Below, one piece after another: positions 10,741 to 19,765 of a DNA stretch of 64,000 nt. The position numbers and the translations under genes are program-made. The notes under the pieces are model-generated. The model saw only the letters and a list, made by a program, of their open reading frames with translations. It ran no database searches and had not been told where the DNA came from. The first letter of the stretch is position 1. Each line of letters opens with the position of its first letter. Source of the DNA: Nannocystis bainbridge (GTDB taxonomy: Bacteria; Myxococcota_A; Polyangia; Nannocystales; Nannocystaceae); assembly GCF_028368995.1 (NCBI RefSeq), contig NZ_JAQNDL010000003.1:224001-288000 (forward strand), read 5' to 3'.

Positions 10741-12381
10741 ATGCTCACCGGAATTGGCGTGCTCGAACAGATCGAGCCGGCGCTAGAGCGCGCCGTGCAA
10801 TTCATGCTCGATCATCGCTTGCCCGACGGGCGCCTCGCGGCCGGCTGCGCCGGGCGGGCCCTGGAGAGCGCCCTGGCGTTGCACCTGCTGCGCACCTGCG
10901 GCCACGGGCCGGCGCTCCAGGCCGAGATCGCGGGCTTCTGCCGGCGCTGGCTGGCCGATGACGACGATGAGTCGAGTCATGCCAGTCGGCTCGACCGCAC
11001 GCTTTCGCGCATCCTCTGCGAGCTGGTGGTGCACGGCCGGCTCGGCGCCGAGGGCCTGGTCGCGCTCCAGCAGACCCTGGCCGCCTTCGATCACCCCACG
11101 CTTTGGCGCAAACGCGTGCTGGTCGAGGTGCTGCTGGTCGAACTCGGGGCACTCCCTCCGGGTCCGGCCGTGTTGCCGCTCGCGGTCGTGCGCGCCGAGT
11201 CCTCGCATCTGTGGGTGACGATCCTGCTGGCATCGATTCGCGTGCTCCAGCTGTGCCAGTCGGGCCGCGCCGACGAGGTCGGCGACGCCGAGCTGGCGCC
11301 GATCCTCGGCGCCCAGGCGACCGACGGCAGCTGGGAGCAGCACGTGCTCGTCACCATCGTCGCCCTGCTGGCGCTGACCCGCCTCGGCCGCGCCGCGCCG
11401 CACCGCGCCCTCGGCCTCAATTTCATCGCCGGCCAGCTGCGGCCCGGCGGCGGCGTCCCGTTCATCACCAACGAAGACGTCTGGGTCACCTGCCTCGCCG
11501 GGCTCGTGCTGACCGAGGCGCGGCGGCCCGCGCACGAGCTGCAGCGGTGCGAACAATTCCTCGTATCACAGCAGCAGCCCGACGGCGGCTGGGCCTACGC
11601 CGAGGGCGTGTCGCAGACCGACGCCGACGACACCAGCATCACCCTGTCGCTGCTGGTCCGCCGCAATCCGGTGATTCATCGTCCCAGCATCCGCCGCGCG
11701 GTCGCCCACCTGCTCGCGCTGCAGAACAGCGACGGCGGGTTCCCCACGTTCGTGCGCGGCGCCGCCTCCGAGGCCGAGATCACCGCCAAGTCGATCACCG
11801 CCCTGCGCGCCAGCCACATGGCCCCGCCCGGGGTCCTCGAGGCCGCGTGGGCCTGGCTGGCCCGCGCCCAGCAGGCCAACGGAGGCTTCCGCGGCGAGTG
11901 GAAGCTGTGCGCCACCTACCCCGCCTTTCACGTGATCAACGCCGCCGCCGGCGAGCGCCACGGCAGCCACGGCGCCGACATCCGTCGCCGCTGCGTCGGC
12001 TTCCTCCGCGGGCTCCGCCGGCCCGACGGCGGCTGGCCGATCCACCCCGACGACGACCGCAGCCACGTGCTCAGCACCGCCTACGCCCTCGGCGGCCTCG
12101 CGGCCTGCCCCGGCAGCCTCACGTCCGGCGAGCTCTACGCCTCGGCCCAGGTCCTGCTGGCCGGGCAGGGCCGCAGCGGCGGCTTCACGGCCGAGGCCGA
12201 CTCGCTCGGCCCGCGCCCCTTCGTCTACGACGTCCCGCTGCTCGCCACGCTCTACAGCGTGTGGGCGCTGTCCCGCGTCCGCGACCAATTGTCCGGGCGC
12301 GCGCACGAGGTCCCGTTCGGCGCGCTCGCACCGCGGCTCTCGCTCCTCAGCCACGACCGCGCCTGGATCTCCACCACCTGA
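10741..12381 (+). CDS. Class II terpene cyclase (prenyltransferase/squalene oxidase repeats, DxDD motif)
   Basis: TDADDTS catalytic motif; QW-like repeats QATDGSW, QQPDGGW, QNSDGGF, QQANGGF, RRPDGGW; 546 aa. Confidence 0.88.
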   Translation: MLTGIGVLEQIEPALERAVQFMLDHRLPDGRLAAGCAGRALESALALHLLRTCGHGPALQAEIAGFCRRWLADDDDESSHASRLDRTLSRILCELVVHGRLGAEGLVALQQTLAAFDHPTLWRKRVLVEVLLVELGALPPGPAVLPLAVVRAESSHLWVTILLASIRVLQLCQSGRADEVGDAELAPILGAQATDGSWEQHVLVTIVALLALTRLGRAAPHRALGLNFIAGQLRPGGGVPFITNEDVWVTCLAGLVLTEARRPAHELQRCEQFLVSQQQPDGGWAYAEGVSQTDADDTSITLSLLVRRNPVIHRPSIRRAVAHLLALQNSDGGFPTFVRGAASEAEITAKSITALRASHMAPPGVLEAAWAWLARAQQANGGFRGEWKLCATYPAFHVINAAAGERHGSHGADIRRRCVGFLRGLRRPDGGWPIHPDDDRSHVLSTAYALGGLAACPGSLTSGELYASAQVLLAGQGRSGGFTAEADSLGPRPFVYDVPLLATLYSVWALSRVRDQLSGRAHEVPFGALAPRLSLLSHDRAWISTT

Positions 12382-12508
12382 GGCCAATGCTTACAGTCCC
12401 GCAATCGTGTGGGATCGCCCCGTACTGACATGAATTGTCCGTCATGCAGGCCCGCTCGCCGTCACGCGGCGATCGGCGGCGACGTCGTATGCTCGAGTTT
12501 CGCCGGGC

Positions 12509-13024
12509 GTGTGCCAGCTTGAGATCCTGCTTCTCATGTCTTCGCTTCGCCGTGAGGGCGCGCTGTGGGTCGTCGCCGACGTTTTCGAGGCCGACCTGCT
12601 GCAGGTCCGCTCGGGCACCTCGGTCAAGCTGCGCTTCCCCGCCGACCCGGAGCCGATCGCCGGCCGCGTCGTCGGCGTCGGCGGGCTGGTCGACGTCGGC
12701 CAGCGCCGCGCCCCCGTCTACATCGCGCTCACCGACGAGGCCGTCGCCTCGCGCAACCTCACCCCCGGCATGTTCGTGCGCGCCGACATCACCGGCCCCG
12801 TCGGCGTCGGCGTCACGCTGCCCAAGCAGGCCGTCCTGATCAAGGACACCGACACCGCGACCGCCTACTTCGAGGTCGAGCCCGGCACCTTCGAGGCCCG
12901 CCACGTGGTCCTCGGCCACACCTCCGGCGACCACGCGCAGATCGTCTCCGGGGTGAACCCCGGCGAGCGCGTGGCCGTGGCCGGCGCGCTGCTGATCGGT
13001 CAGCAGCTGGCGTCCCGGCCCTGA
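12509..13024 (+). pseudogene. C-terminal fragment of an RND efflux membrane fusion protein (CusB/CzcB-like)
   Basis: LWVVADVFEADL..., LTPGMFVRADI, LPKQAV, FEARHVVLG, SGVNPGERVAVAGALL; no N-terminal anchor or hairpin, no RND partner. Confidence 0.65.
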
Positions 13025-13103
13025 GGCCTGTCCGTTCGGGCATGTCGCCGAGGACATGCCCGTTCGCGCATGCCCCTACGGACATGTCCTCAGCGACACG
13101 TCC
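13024..13103. repeat. Tandem array of the 14-bp palindrome TGYCY-N4-RGRCA (5 units)
   Basis: TGTCCGTTCGGGCA TGTCGCCGAGGACA TGCCCGTTCGCGCA TGCCCCTACGGACA TGTCCTCAGCGACA, contiguous from 13029. Confidence 0.9.
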
Positions 13104-13106
13104 GTC

Positions 13107-13814
13107 TCAAGGCGCGTCGTAGCGATCGTGGTGGCGCACCCACGCCATCGGTTCCGCCAGCCCCTCCTCCTGGCGACCGAGCGGCGTCAGGTCGAGCATG
13201 TGGTAGGTCCCCATCAGCACCTCGACGCCGCGGCCGTACGACGAATAGGTGTGATAGACGGCCTCGCCATCGCGCACGAACGCGCTGATGCCCGGCGCCT
13301 CGGGGTGCGGGAACGGCCTCGTCGCGTAGTTGTAATCGACCGCGGCCAGCTCGGCCGGCGCGAACGACACGTGAAAGTCGTAATTGAAGCGGCTGCCGGC
13401 CGACGACACCCACGGGAACGTCCAGCCCATGCGCGCGCGAAAAACCAGCAGCTTGGCCAGCGGCGCCCGCGAGACGGCCACGAACGCGGTGTCGCGGGCG
13501 GCCAGGTGGGCCACCGTGCCCGACAGATGATCGCCGATGAACGAGCAGCTCTTGCAGCCCGCCTCCCACGCCGGGTCGAACATGAAGTGATACACGACCA
13601 ATTGCTGCTTGCCGGCGAACAGCTCGACCAGGCTGCGCTCGCCGTCGGGCCCGGCGAACGCGTACGGGGTGTCGACGCGGACCCGCGGCAGCGCGCGGCG
13701 GGCCGCGCTCAGGGCGTCGCCCTCGCGGGTGTACGCCTTCTCGCGGGCCAGCAGCTCGCGGCGGGCCGCCAGCCAGACTTCGCGGCTCACGACATCAGTG
13801 TTCACGGGGTTCAT
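13107..13814 (-). CDS. DUF899 family thioredoxin-like protein
   Basis: WLAARRELLAREK, GCKSCSF (CxxC), HTYSSYGRG, LDLTPLGRQE, WVRHHDRY. Confidence 0.92.
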   Translation of the reverse strand: MNPVNTDVVSREVWLAARRELLAREKAYTREGDALSAARRALPRVRVDTPYAFAGPDGERSLVELFAGKQQLVVYHFMFDPAWEAGCKSCSFIGDHLSGTVAHLAARDTAFVAVSRAPLAKLLVFRARMGWTFPWVSSAGSRFNYDFHVSFAPAELAAVDYNYATRPFPHPEAPGISAFVRDGEAVYHTYSSYGRGVEVLMGTYHMLDLTPLGRQEEGLAEPMAWVRHHDRYDAP

Positions 13815-13956
13815 GACGTTCTTCCTTTCGCGGCTCGGACGAGGGTCGCAGCGCGGGCGAGCGGATCGCTCGCACCACCCACGGACTCAGGGCAGCGCCG
13901 AACCCGGTCGCGGTGGCGACGGTCAGCGCAATCGATTGCCAACAGGCGGGACACAT
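13795..13956 (-). CDS. Small membrane peptide beginning MCPAC, upstream of DUF899
   Basis: MCPACWQSIALTVATATGFGAALSPWVVRAIR...: N-terminal CxxC plus a hydrophobic helix; overlaps the DUF899 start. Confidence 0.6.
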   Translation of the reverse strand: MCPACWQSIALTVATATGFGAALSPWVVRAIRSPALRPSSEPRKEERHEPREH

Positions 13957-14030
13957 GACGACTGTGTAAAACAACCCCGCCCGCGCCGCCCGTAACATTC
14001 ATGGCGCGACCGCCTCGCGCGGCCGGCCCC

Positions 14031-14157
14031 GGCCCTCGTGACAATCACCGCCCGACGCCCCGCGCCCTCGTGACATTGTCTCGCCCGCCCGCCCCGCGGC
14101 CCTCGTGACATTGTCCCGTCCGCTCCCGCCTTCACCGCCGCGGCCCTCGTGACATTT
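14031..14157. promoter_or_regulatory. Four direct repeats GCCCTCGTGACA(A/T)T in a divergent promoter region
   Basis: GTGACA cores at 14038, 14070, 14105, 14149, plus variant GTAACA at 13992. Confidence 0.7.
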
Positions 14158-14183
14158 CCCGGCCGACGGCCCATCCTCGCCGC

Positions 14184-15389
14184 GTGTCCTCCCTCCTCGA
14201 CGCGGCTCGCGCGCTCGCCGGTGGCGACCCGCTGCGCGCCCTCGCCGGCGTCGGTCGCGACGACAGCGCGCGCGGCCTCACCCTGCGCGGCATCGCCTAC
14301 GCCCAACTCGGCGACCTCGAGCTCGCGCGCAGCGCCCTCGAGCTGGCGGTCACCCGCGCCGACGATCCGCTGCTCGTCGCTCGCGCCCGCGCCGCGCTCT
14401 GCGAGGTCGAGCTCGGCAGCGGCGCCCCGGCGGCCGCCGCCAGCGCCGCCCGGGCCGCCGCCGACGCCCTCGAGCGCCTCGGCGACTCCCGCAACGCCGC
14501 CATGCAGCGGCTCGTCCTGGCCCGCGCCGAGGTCCTGCTCGGCCGCCTCAACGAGGCCCGCCGCGTCGCCGGGGCCGTGCTCGCCCGCGACCTCGGCCCC
14601 GACCTGCGCGCCGTCGCCTCGCTCGTGCAGGCCGAGATCGCCGTGCGCGCGCTGGCCCCCACCGACGCCAGCGAAGCCCTCGCGCGCGCCCGCGAGGCCC
14701 TGACCCTCGCGCCCCATCAATTGCTCGCGCGCACCGTCGAGGCGCTGGAGCACGAGCTGGCCCGCCCGGTCGCCTCGGTCTGGCGCGCCGGCGCGACCTC
14801 CGAGGCCGACCTGTTCGCCATCCAGGCCCTCGCGCGCGGCCACGTGCTGCTCGTCGACGCCTGCCGCCGCCTCGTCCTCGCCGGCCGCGTCACCGTCCCG
14901 CTGGCCCGCCGCCCGGTGCTGTTCGCCCTCCTCCTCGAGCTCGCGCGCGCCTGGCCGGCCGCGCTCGCGCGCGACGAGCTGGCCGCCCGCGGCTTCGCCG
15001 TCCGCCGCGTCAACGACTCGCACCGGGCCCGCCTGCGCGTCGAGCTCGGCCGCCTGCGCAAGCTGATGGACGGCCTCGCCGCCGCGCCCACCGCCCGGGC
15101 CGACGGCTACGTGCTCGACTCGCAGCGCGAGGTCGTCATCCTGACGCCGCCGACCGACGACGAAACCGCCCGCCTCGGCCTGCTGCTCGGCGACGGCGCG
15201 GCGTGGTCGGCCCAGGCGCTGGCCGAGCACGCCGGCGTGTCGCGGCGGACCGCCCAGCGGGCCCTGCAATCGCTCGTCGAGCGCGGCGTCGTGGTCCGCA
15301 CCGGCAAAGGAAAAGACATCCGTTACACCCGCCCCGGCGCCCCGATCGCGTCACGGATGTTACTCCTCGGCCTCGTCCCGGCCGGCTAG
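14184..15389 (+). CDS. TPR-like transcriptional regulator with winged-helix and C-terminal HTH domains
   Basis: AARALAGGDPLRAL...LRGIAYAQLG N-terminus; RPVLFALL...RLRVELGRLRK wHTH; WSAQALAEHAGVSRRTAQRAL HTH. Confidence 0.85.
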   Translation: MSSLLDAARALAGGDPLRALAGVGRDDSARGLTLRGIAYAQLGDLELARSALELAVTRADDPLLVARARAALCEVELGSGAPAAAASAARAAADALERLGDSRNAAMQRLVLARAEVLLGRLNEARRVAGAVLARDLGPDLRAVASLVQAEIAVRALAPTDASEALARAREALTLAPHQLLARTVEALEHELARPVASVWRAGATSEADLFAIQALARGHVLLVDACRRLVLAGRVTVPLARRPVLFALLLELARAWPAALARDELAARGFAVRRVNDSHRARLRVELGRLRKLMDGLAAAPTARADGYVLDSQREVVILTPPTDDETARLGLLLGDGAAWSAQALAEHAGVSRRTAQRALQSLVERGVVVRTGKGKDIRYTRPGAPIASRMLLLGLVPAG

Positions 15390-15398
15390 ACCTGCTGC

Positions 15399-16082
15399 AT
15401 GCGACAGGAAGTCATGACCCGCGACAATCACGACACTCGCCACCACGCCGCCGAGATCGTGCGTGAGCACGTCCCGCTCGACGACGGCCAGATCCACGGC
15501 GTCACCTTCGACGGCAAAAAGGTGTGGTTCGCCCGCGACGGCGAACTCGTCGCCTTCGACCCGGCCGCGAACGCCGTCGTGCGCCGCTTCACCGTCCCCG
15601 GGGCCGACGCCGGCACCGCATTCGACGGCCAGCACCTCTATCAGCTGGCCAAGGGCGAGATCCTCGTCATCCGCCCGAGCGACGGACAAATTGTCAGGCG
15701 ATTGCCCGCCCCCGGCAAGGGCGAGGACAGCGGCATGGCCTGGGCCGACGGCTATTTGTGGATCGGTCAATGCTACGGGGCGCGGATCCACAAGGTCGAC
15801 GCCACCACCGGCGAGGTCGTGAAGACCCTGGCGTCGGACCGCTTCGTCACCGGCGTGACCTGCGTCGACGGCCAGCTGTGGCACGGCGCGGCCGCCGACG
15901 ACAAGCCCTGCGAGCTCCGTCGCCTCGGCCCCGACGGCGCGCCGGAAGAGGTCCTGGAGGTGCCTGTGGCCATGATCGCGGGGGTCGAGGCCGCCGGCGA
16001 AGCGGGCGCTTTCTGGTGTGCGGGCGAGCAAGGAAAGCTGCGCCTGGTCCGCCGCAAGTCCGAAGGCGACGCCGCCGTGTGA
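15399..16082 (+). CDS. Glutamine cyclotransferase-like / PQQ-like beta-propeller protein
   Basis: HGVTFDG, AGTAFDG, DSGMAWADG, SDRFVTGVT blades; start may be the later ATG (MTRDN). Confidence 0.8.
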   Translation: MRQEVMTRDNHDTRHHAAEIVREHVPLDDGQIHGVTFDGKKVWFARDGELVAFDPAANAVVRRFTVPGADAGTAFDGQHLYQLAKGEILVIRPSDGQIVRRLPAPGKGEDSGMAWADGYLWIGQCYGARIHKVDATTGEVVKTLASDRFVTGVTCVDGQLWHGAAADDKPCELRRLGPDGAPEEVLEVPVAMIAGVEAAGEAGAFWCAGEQGKLRLVRRKSEGDAAV

Positions 16083-16272
16083 AGTCACGGCAGATAAATC
16101 AATTGCCCCCAATTGAAATCTCGCATGATTCCCGGGTGTGTGTGGCGGGCCTGACAAGGTGCTACCGATTTCGGGCTTGTGAAGCCAGGCGCTGATCCGC
16201 AGCGCCGTCGGCGAACACTCATTCCATGGAACCCACGCCGCTCCGACTACGGGGCGAGACCATGGAGACATC

Positions 16273-17010
16273 ATGCGTAGAATCATCGCTACTACCATTC
16301 ACCGCCTCGTTATCGGCCTCGTGCTCGTCGCTGCCTGCGACGAAGGCATTATCGACTCCGGGCAGCACGCCACCCCCGCCTCGCTCGCTTGCGGCGGCGC
16401 CGTCGGCTTCGAATGCCCAGCCGGCCTCGAATGCATCGACCACAGCGGCGCCGCCTGCCACCCCGAGCAGGAGGGCTCCGATTGCTCCGGCATCTGCGAG
16501 CCGATCGATGGCCTCTGCGGCGGCTTCGCCGATGTCGCCTGCGACGAGGGCTGGATCTGCGTCGACCTCGCCGACGCCTGCGACCCCGCAATGGGCCACA
16601 GCGATTGCCTCGGCGGCTGCCGCCCGGCCCCGCAGGAGCCCGACCCGCGCCCCGAGCCCGATCCGCGCCCCGACCCGCGCCCCGAGCCCGACCCGCGCCC
16701 CGACCCGCGCCCCGAGCCCGAGCCGCGCCCCGAGCCCGAGCCCGAGCCGCTGCCCGAGGGCCTCTGCGGCGGCCCGACCCACGGCGAATGCGAGGAGGGC
16801 TGGGTCTGCCACGACCTCGCCGACGATTGCGTGCCCGCCCGCGGCGACAGCGATTGCCTCGGCGGCTGCCGGCCGCTCGAGGTCGACATCGAGCCCGCCC
16901 GCATCTACGTCAGCCACGACCGCGAGGAGTGCGCCGTGGTGCAGTTCGAGTGCGACCCGGACGAGCGCCAGTTCTTCGAGGAGTCCGGCTGCGGCTGCGA
17001 GAAGCTCTGA
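16273..17010 (+). CDS. Cys-rich lipoprotein with CGGxxxxxC modules and a Pro-Glu/Asp-Arg repeat linker
   Basis: Lipobox VAAC; three CGG...C...C modules; (EPDPRP)n linker. Confidence 0.75.
   Translation: MRRIIATTIHRLVIGLVLVAACDEGIIDSGQHATPASLACGGAVGFECPAGLECIDHSGAACHPEQEGSDCSGICEPIDGLCGGFADVACDEGWICVDLADACDPAMGHSDCLGGCRPAPQEPDPRPEPDPRPDPRPEPDPRPDPRPEPEPRPEPEPEPLPEGLCGGPTHGECEEGWVCHDLADDCVPARGDSDCLGGCRPLEVDIEPARIYVSHDREECAVVQFECDPDERQFFEESGCGCEKL
16636..16749 (+). repeat. Coding 6-bp-unit minisatellite (CCCGAG/CCCGAC/CCGCGC) encoding PEPDPR
   Basis: Visible tandem repeat in the sequence. Confidence 0.85.
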
Positions 17011-17100
17011 CCGGCGCGGCGGCCTCACGGCCGATGATCACACATGTCTATTGGGACATGTACAATCATCGGCGAGTCTGCCCGCCCAGCCGACGACGGC

Positions 17101-18051
17101 TCAGCCCGGCTCGAGCGCGTGGCAGCAGCCGGTCTTGCAGTACTGGTCCTCGGGGCAGTCGCTCTGGCCCTTGTCGTCGATCTCGCACGGCTGGGCGTCG
17201 CCCTCGCAGGACGCCTCGTCGCAGCCCGGCGGCGGCTCGGTCTCGCCGAAGCACACCTCGCACTCCTCCGGCTGGCACTCGTCGTCGCAGTCGAGGTTCT
17301 TCGTGCACAGCTGGCACGAGCCGATGTCCGACAGCGCGCAGTCCAGGTCGCCGAGGAAGATGTCGTACGTCATCCCCTCGACCACCACGGTGCAGCAGCC
17401 GAAGCAATCGCAGCCGTTCGGCACCTGACACTCGTCGATGCACTGCTGCGGCTGCTCCTGCGGGCAGTTGTTGAAGTTCTCGTCGTACGGGCACTTGTCG
17501 CCGCCCGGGCTCTTCGGGTCGCACTTCAGGTCCCACGCGCAGTCGCCGTTGCCGCCGCCCGAGTTGCCGTCGAAGAAGCAGTCCTGCTTGCACGGGTCCA
17601 TGTTGTCGCCCGGCAGGCCGGTGGCGAACGTCTCCTCGCGGTCGTCGCACGGCGAGACGCACTCCGGGTCGGCCTGGTCGACCAGGCCGTCGCCGTCGTT
17701 GTCCATGCAATCGCCACAGGCGTAGAGCGTGCCGTTGCACAGCAGCGGCACGCAGGCCCCGCCCCCGGTCGTCGTCGTCGTCGTCTCGGTCGCCGTCACC
17801 GGCCCCGTCGAAGCATCGGTCGTCGAGGTCGAGGTCGTCGTCGTGCTGGTGCCCGTGGTCGGCCCGGCCGTGGTCGGCTCCGCCGTCGTGCCCGTCGTGT
17901 CCTCCGTCCCGGAGGTCGGCCCCGCGGTCGTCACCGTCGTGATCTCCGACGCTGTGCCCGTCTCGCTCGCGACCTGCGTCTCCGTCTCGCCTTTGCTCGG
18001 GCTGTTGCAAGCCAGCAGCGCACACACTCCGAGGATGTGTATCGTTTTCAT
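17101..18051 (-). CDS. Cys-rich myxobacterial lipoprotein with Thr-rich stalk
   Basis: LLAC lipobox; CGDCMDNDGDGLVD Ca-binding-like motif; many Cys. Confidence 0.8.
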   Translation of the reverse strand: MKTIHILGVCALLACNSPSKGETETQVASETGTASEITTVTTAGPTSGTEDTTGTTAEPTTAGPTTGTSTTTTSTSTTDASTGPVTATETTTTTTGGGACVPLLCNGTLYACGDCMDNDGDGLVDQADPECVSPCDDREETFATGLPGDNMDPCKQDCFFDGNSGGGNGDCAWDLKCDPKSPGGDKCPYDENFNNCPQEQPQQCIDECQVPNGCDCFGCCTVVVEGMTYDIFLGDLDCALSDIGSCQLCTKNLDCDDECQPEECEVCFGETEPPPGCDEASCEGDAQPCEIDDKGQSDCPEDQYCKTGCCHALEPG

Positions 18052-18181
18052 GCGAGGATCCTGGCGTCAGTCACGATAAAACGCAAATTCATTGTTTCGC
18101 CGGAGCACCGGCGGCGGTTCACAATAGATATATCCGCACGACGGCCGCGCCGCCGTGCTCCGCCGCGCGAGCGGCCTGCGA

Positions 18182-19657
18182 TCATTCGACCACGAACACG
18201 CCGCGCAGATCCTCGGTCGCCGACAGCGGCACGCCCTTGCCGTCGAGCGAGACGGCCCGGAATTGATAGTACAGCCCCGAGGTCAGCGCCGGCCCCTCGT
18301 ACGGCACTTGCACCGTCGCGCTGCCCGACACGCTCGGGACCATGGCGTCTTCCCACACCAGCTCGCCGAACACGTCGAACACGCGCACGAGGTAGCTCTT
18401 CTCGCTCGAATCGTCGGCGAACTCGAACACCGGCGCGGCGCTGGTCGCCGTCGGCGCGGTCTCTCCGGGCGCGACGACCGCGAGCGCCTCGGTGATCTTG
18501 AACCCCGCGTCGACGGTCACCGCCTGGCCGGCCGCGACCGTCACCTCCTGCAACTCGGTGCCGCCGATCGAGGTGTCCGGGTCGCGCACCAGCCGGTCGT
18601 TCTCGAACGCGGCCAGCACCTTGTACGTGCCCGCGGGCACGCCGGCGATCGTGAAGTCACCGGTGACGGCGGGATCGAGCCCCGGGTCCGGCGCCCGCAA
18701 GCCCAGCGGCACCGGCCCGCGCTCGAGCGTCGGGTTGAACACGCTGACGGGCACCAGCACCACGCTCGTCACGCTGTCGCCCGGGGCGTTGACGATCTGC
18801 ACCGACCCGGAGACCGCCCCCAAATTCTCCTCGCCCTCCGCGCTGGCCGTGAGCGCGACCGCATCGAGGTCCGCCGTCGCCACGCTCGCCGTCGCCGCCG
18901 CCAGCTCGAGCCCGCGGCGATACCCGCGGATCGTCGCCTCGCCGGCCTGCACGTTGAAGATCGTGAAGTCCCCCGACCGATCGGCCACCCCGTACTGCGC
19001 GACCGCCTCGCCGCTCACGCCCTCCGCGACCACCAGCGTCCCGCCCGGCTGGACCCCGCCGACCGTGCCCGTCACCGTCACCCCGCCGCGCAGCGCGTCC
19101 GGCAGCATCACCAGCCCGACCGTCGTGAGCGGACCCTCGATCACGTGGGCCGCCCGCGCCTCGTCGTATTCCGCCTCGTCCGCGTGGATCGGCAGCGCCA
19201 CGCGGATCCCCGACGGGAACGGCAAGTAGTCGCGCGCGAACGCCTGCAGCGTGTAGCTCGCGTCGCTCGCCAGCTCGCCGTCCGGGAGGCGCGGCGCCGC
19301 GACCTGCAATTCATAGCGGCCCGTCGCGTCGGTCTCCGCGACCTCGCCGAGCGGCGCCCCGGTGCGGTCCAGGCCGTGGACGAGCGCCCCTGCCAGCGGC
19401 TCGCCGGTCTGCAGATCGATCACCGCCCCGTGGATCTGCAGCGGCTCGCCGCACACCCACGCGTCGGCCTCGCCGGCCACCGGATCGCAGGCGAACCCCT
19501 CGGCGCAATGCGGACCGTTCGCCGCCGCGGGATCGACGATCGGATCGCAGGGCCCGCCCTTGACCGAAGGATCGGTCACGTCGAGCTGCTTCTCCGCGCA
19601 GCTCACGACACCGAACGCGAGCAGCGCCCCCCACCTCAAAATTTCAATCGTTCGCAT
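18182..19657 (-). CDS. Lipoprotein with carboxypeptidase-regulatory-like (beta-sandwich) domains
   Basis: VVSC lipobox; IHGAVIDLQTGEPLAGALV...TDATGRYEL; VSGSV...FTIAGVPAGTYKV. Confidence 0.75.
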   Translation of the reverse strand: MRTIEILRWGALLAFGVVSCAEKQLDVTDPSVKGGPCDPIVDPAAANGPHCAEGFACDPVAGEADAWVCGEPLQIHGAVIDLQTGEPLAGALVHGLDRTGAPLGEVAETDATGRYELQVAAPRLPDGELASDASYTLQAFARDYLPFPSGIRVALPIHADEAEYDEARAAHVIEGPLTTVGLVMLPDALRGGVTVTGTVGGVQPGGTLVVAEGVSGEAVAQYGVADRSGDFTIFNVQAGEATIRGYRRGLELAAATASVATADLDAVALTASAEGEENLGAVSGSVQIVNAPGDSVTSVVLVPVSVFNPTLERGPVPLGLRAPDPGLDPAVTGDFTIAGVPAGTYKVLAAFENDRLVRDPDTSIGGTELQEVTVAAGQAVTVDAGFKITEALAVVAPGETAPTATSAAPVFEFADDSSEKSYLVRVFDVFGELVWEDAMVPSVSGSATVQVPYEGPALTSGLYYQFRAVSLDGKGVPLSATEDLRGVFVVE

Positions 19658-19765
19658 CGGGATTGGACCTCTCCTGCGACCGCGATGGCGGGCCGCGCCG
19701 CGCGCCGCCCCGTCGGGTCACATCCTGGGTTTCGACCGACGCGCGAGCGCCGGTTCCAACGCTCC

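Noticed and set aside
10741-12381. Squalene-hopene or oxidosqualene cyclase call
   Set aside because: Shorter than typical SHC/OSC, lacks DCTAE, and has no hpn or sterol genes adjacent; left as a generic class II cyclase
13024-13103. Match of the array junctions to the p53 half-site RRRCWWGYYY, or to parS
   Set aside because: p53 similarity is coincidental in a bacterium; parS is a different 16-bp sequence (TGTTTCACGTGAAACA)
14031-14157. Possible mini-CRISPR
   Set aside because: The repeat is only about 14 bp, spacers are mutually similar GC-rich sequence, and there are no cas genes
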